Positions 35,283 through 36,526 of a stretch of 36,526 nt of DNA are shown here, in pieces. Origin of the DNA: Basidioascus undulatus. Lineage: Eukaryota. The notes beneath the pieces were generated by a model, which did no database searches, was not told the DNA's origin, and saw only the letters and a program-made list of their open reading frames with translations. The DNA lies in NCBI GenBank assembly GCA_000826855.1, contig JTLS01000056.1, positions 1 through 36,526 on the forward strand. The letters are read 5' to 3'. The translations under genes were made by a program, and so were the position numbers. Numbering within the stretch: position 1 is the first letter of the stretch; each line of letters begins with the position of its first letter.

Positions 35283-35866
35283 TGTGTAGGGACCGTGGAA
35301 GGTCAAAGTGATGTCTAGTGAAGTTCGTCGGTCAAGCTTGCACAGCAAGGTCGCGCTCGCGGTCGCGACGCGATCTCGCCGTGGGAAAATATGCCGGTGT
35401 CGGCGCCTGACCTGACGCCGGACTTGGCGACTTTCTCGACGTGAACGTTGTTCCCGCATAATGCTGAAGAGACGCACGCGCACAGATGATGTTACACAAA
35501 ACAATTGCATCAGTCACGGTACTAGGCAGAGACTAGAGGAAGCGAGGGGAGCGTGTGCGAGGATCGCGATGCGTCAAGATTTGTGTGCGGGTGGATGGGG
35601 TGTATGATGTTCGGACAGCGAGACGGGGGAGGCAGGGGATAAGAGGCAGGAGACCGAAGTCCTTGCGCTGCTCACGGGTGGGCGAGAGCGAAGCACGAGG
35701 GGCTTACAGCCCTCCTGCCCCCTGAGAGGGGCTAGGGATGCGGCGGGCAGCTTGTAAAAGAACTAGGACGGGCAAGAACAGGAAGAGCGATGCGCGATAT
35801 GAAGCGAGTGGGGAAGAAGAAAAGTGGAGGAGAGTGGGTGGGACTAGGTGTACAGGTCTGTTGCCG

Positions 35867-35933
35867 CTGCAGAAAGAGAGAGGTGGTTAGCTGAGGGCTC
35901 CTAGGCGCGAATTTTGCGACCGAAAAGGCTTAC
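35867..35933 (-). other. Canonical-looking spliceosomal intron outside any convincing CDS
   Basis: GTAAGC donor, GCTAAC branch point (35891-35886), pyrimidine tract and CTGCAG acceptor, 67 nt. Confidence 0.55.
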
Positions 35934-36526
35934 CATGACAGTAGAGGAACAAAGGAGATGAGGAACAGGAAATAAAATCGGCGGTACCGCGCGAAGTGCG
36001 AGGCTAAGACGTGCGATTAGGGGGATGTGTGGGTGTGTGTGCGAGTGCGGAGTCGGATAGCGTTGGCGGAGAGGAGAAACGATGCTGAGGGAGTGTGGAT
36101 GAAGCCCAAAGAGTACAAGGAACGCGAAGCGGAAAGGACGGATGCAGGTCGGATGGCGGTCGGGAGAGGCGAAGGACGAGGGTGCGAAGACGAGGGCGAT
36201 GGCGGCGTGGAGGAAGGACGGACATCGGTCCGCGTCGAGAGCGAGGGCGCGGGATCGTGCTCTGTGGCCCTCTCTCTCGAGGTGCGGTAGATCGTGTCGG
36301 TCGGTCGTCTTCGTGTCTCGTCGTAAAGTCGTGATACCCCAGCCCTCCACAGTCAACCAACACCCTGCCCGCCCAGTTCGCTCGCACGAGGCGAGCGGCC
36401 CGGACGCGCCACCGATATCGAGAGGGGAAGCCGTACGCAGCTCAGTCACCCGCCGTCAACAGCGGCCTGGCCGAGCACACGCCGCGGTCCCCCGCTCAGT
36501 ACCAGTTGTCGCGGCGAGCCGCAGCC

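Noticed and set aside
35641..35710. Resemblance to RNase MRP CR-V (GGGGCTTA, + strand), SRP Alu (GGCUGUAA, - strand) or Ire1 splice loops
   Set aside because: No correctly spaced GAAAGUCCCC partner, no SRP helix-8 GNRA motif, and no paired CNGNNGN stem-loops.

Overview
Eukaryotic, intron-rich, GC-rich fungal genomic DNA (GTGCGT/GTGAGT donors, CTRAY branch points, 50-240 nt introns); a basidiomycete, possibly a Rhodotorula-like Microbotryomycete yeast (inference only). The ORF track is mostly misleading because genes are split, so exon chains were assembled by hand. Apparently intact genes: 3' part of SLA2, a dual-targeted carnitine acetyltransferase (CAT2-like), an F-box-like protein with an XPA-like C-terminal motif and three micro-exons, a Cap64/Cas3-like SGNH-fold protein, an aldo-keto reductase divergent from ADE5,7, APC10 (not evident from the ORF track), a stand-alone histidinol dehydrogenase divergent from UTP25, and a DUF4598/NOPCHAP1-like gene. 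Between them lie several lower-GC decayed gene remnants (F-box/LRR-like x3, pantothenate-transporter-like MFS, DUF3237). Most notable: the monofunctional histidinol dehydrogenase with an overlapping upstream ATG and tandem TGACTC motifs, the density of pseudogenes, and a non-coding intron plus a predicted multi-stem RNA structure at the right end. No clearly novel multi-gene system, RNA gene, transposon or CRISPR could be supported.
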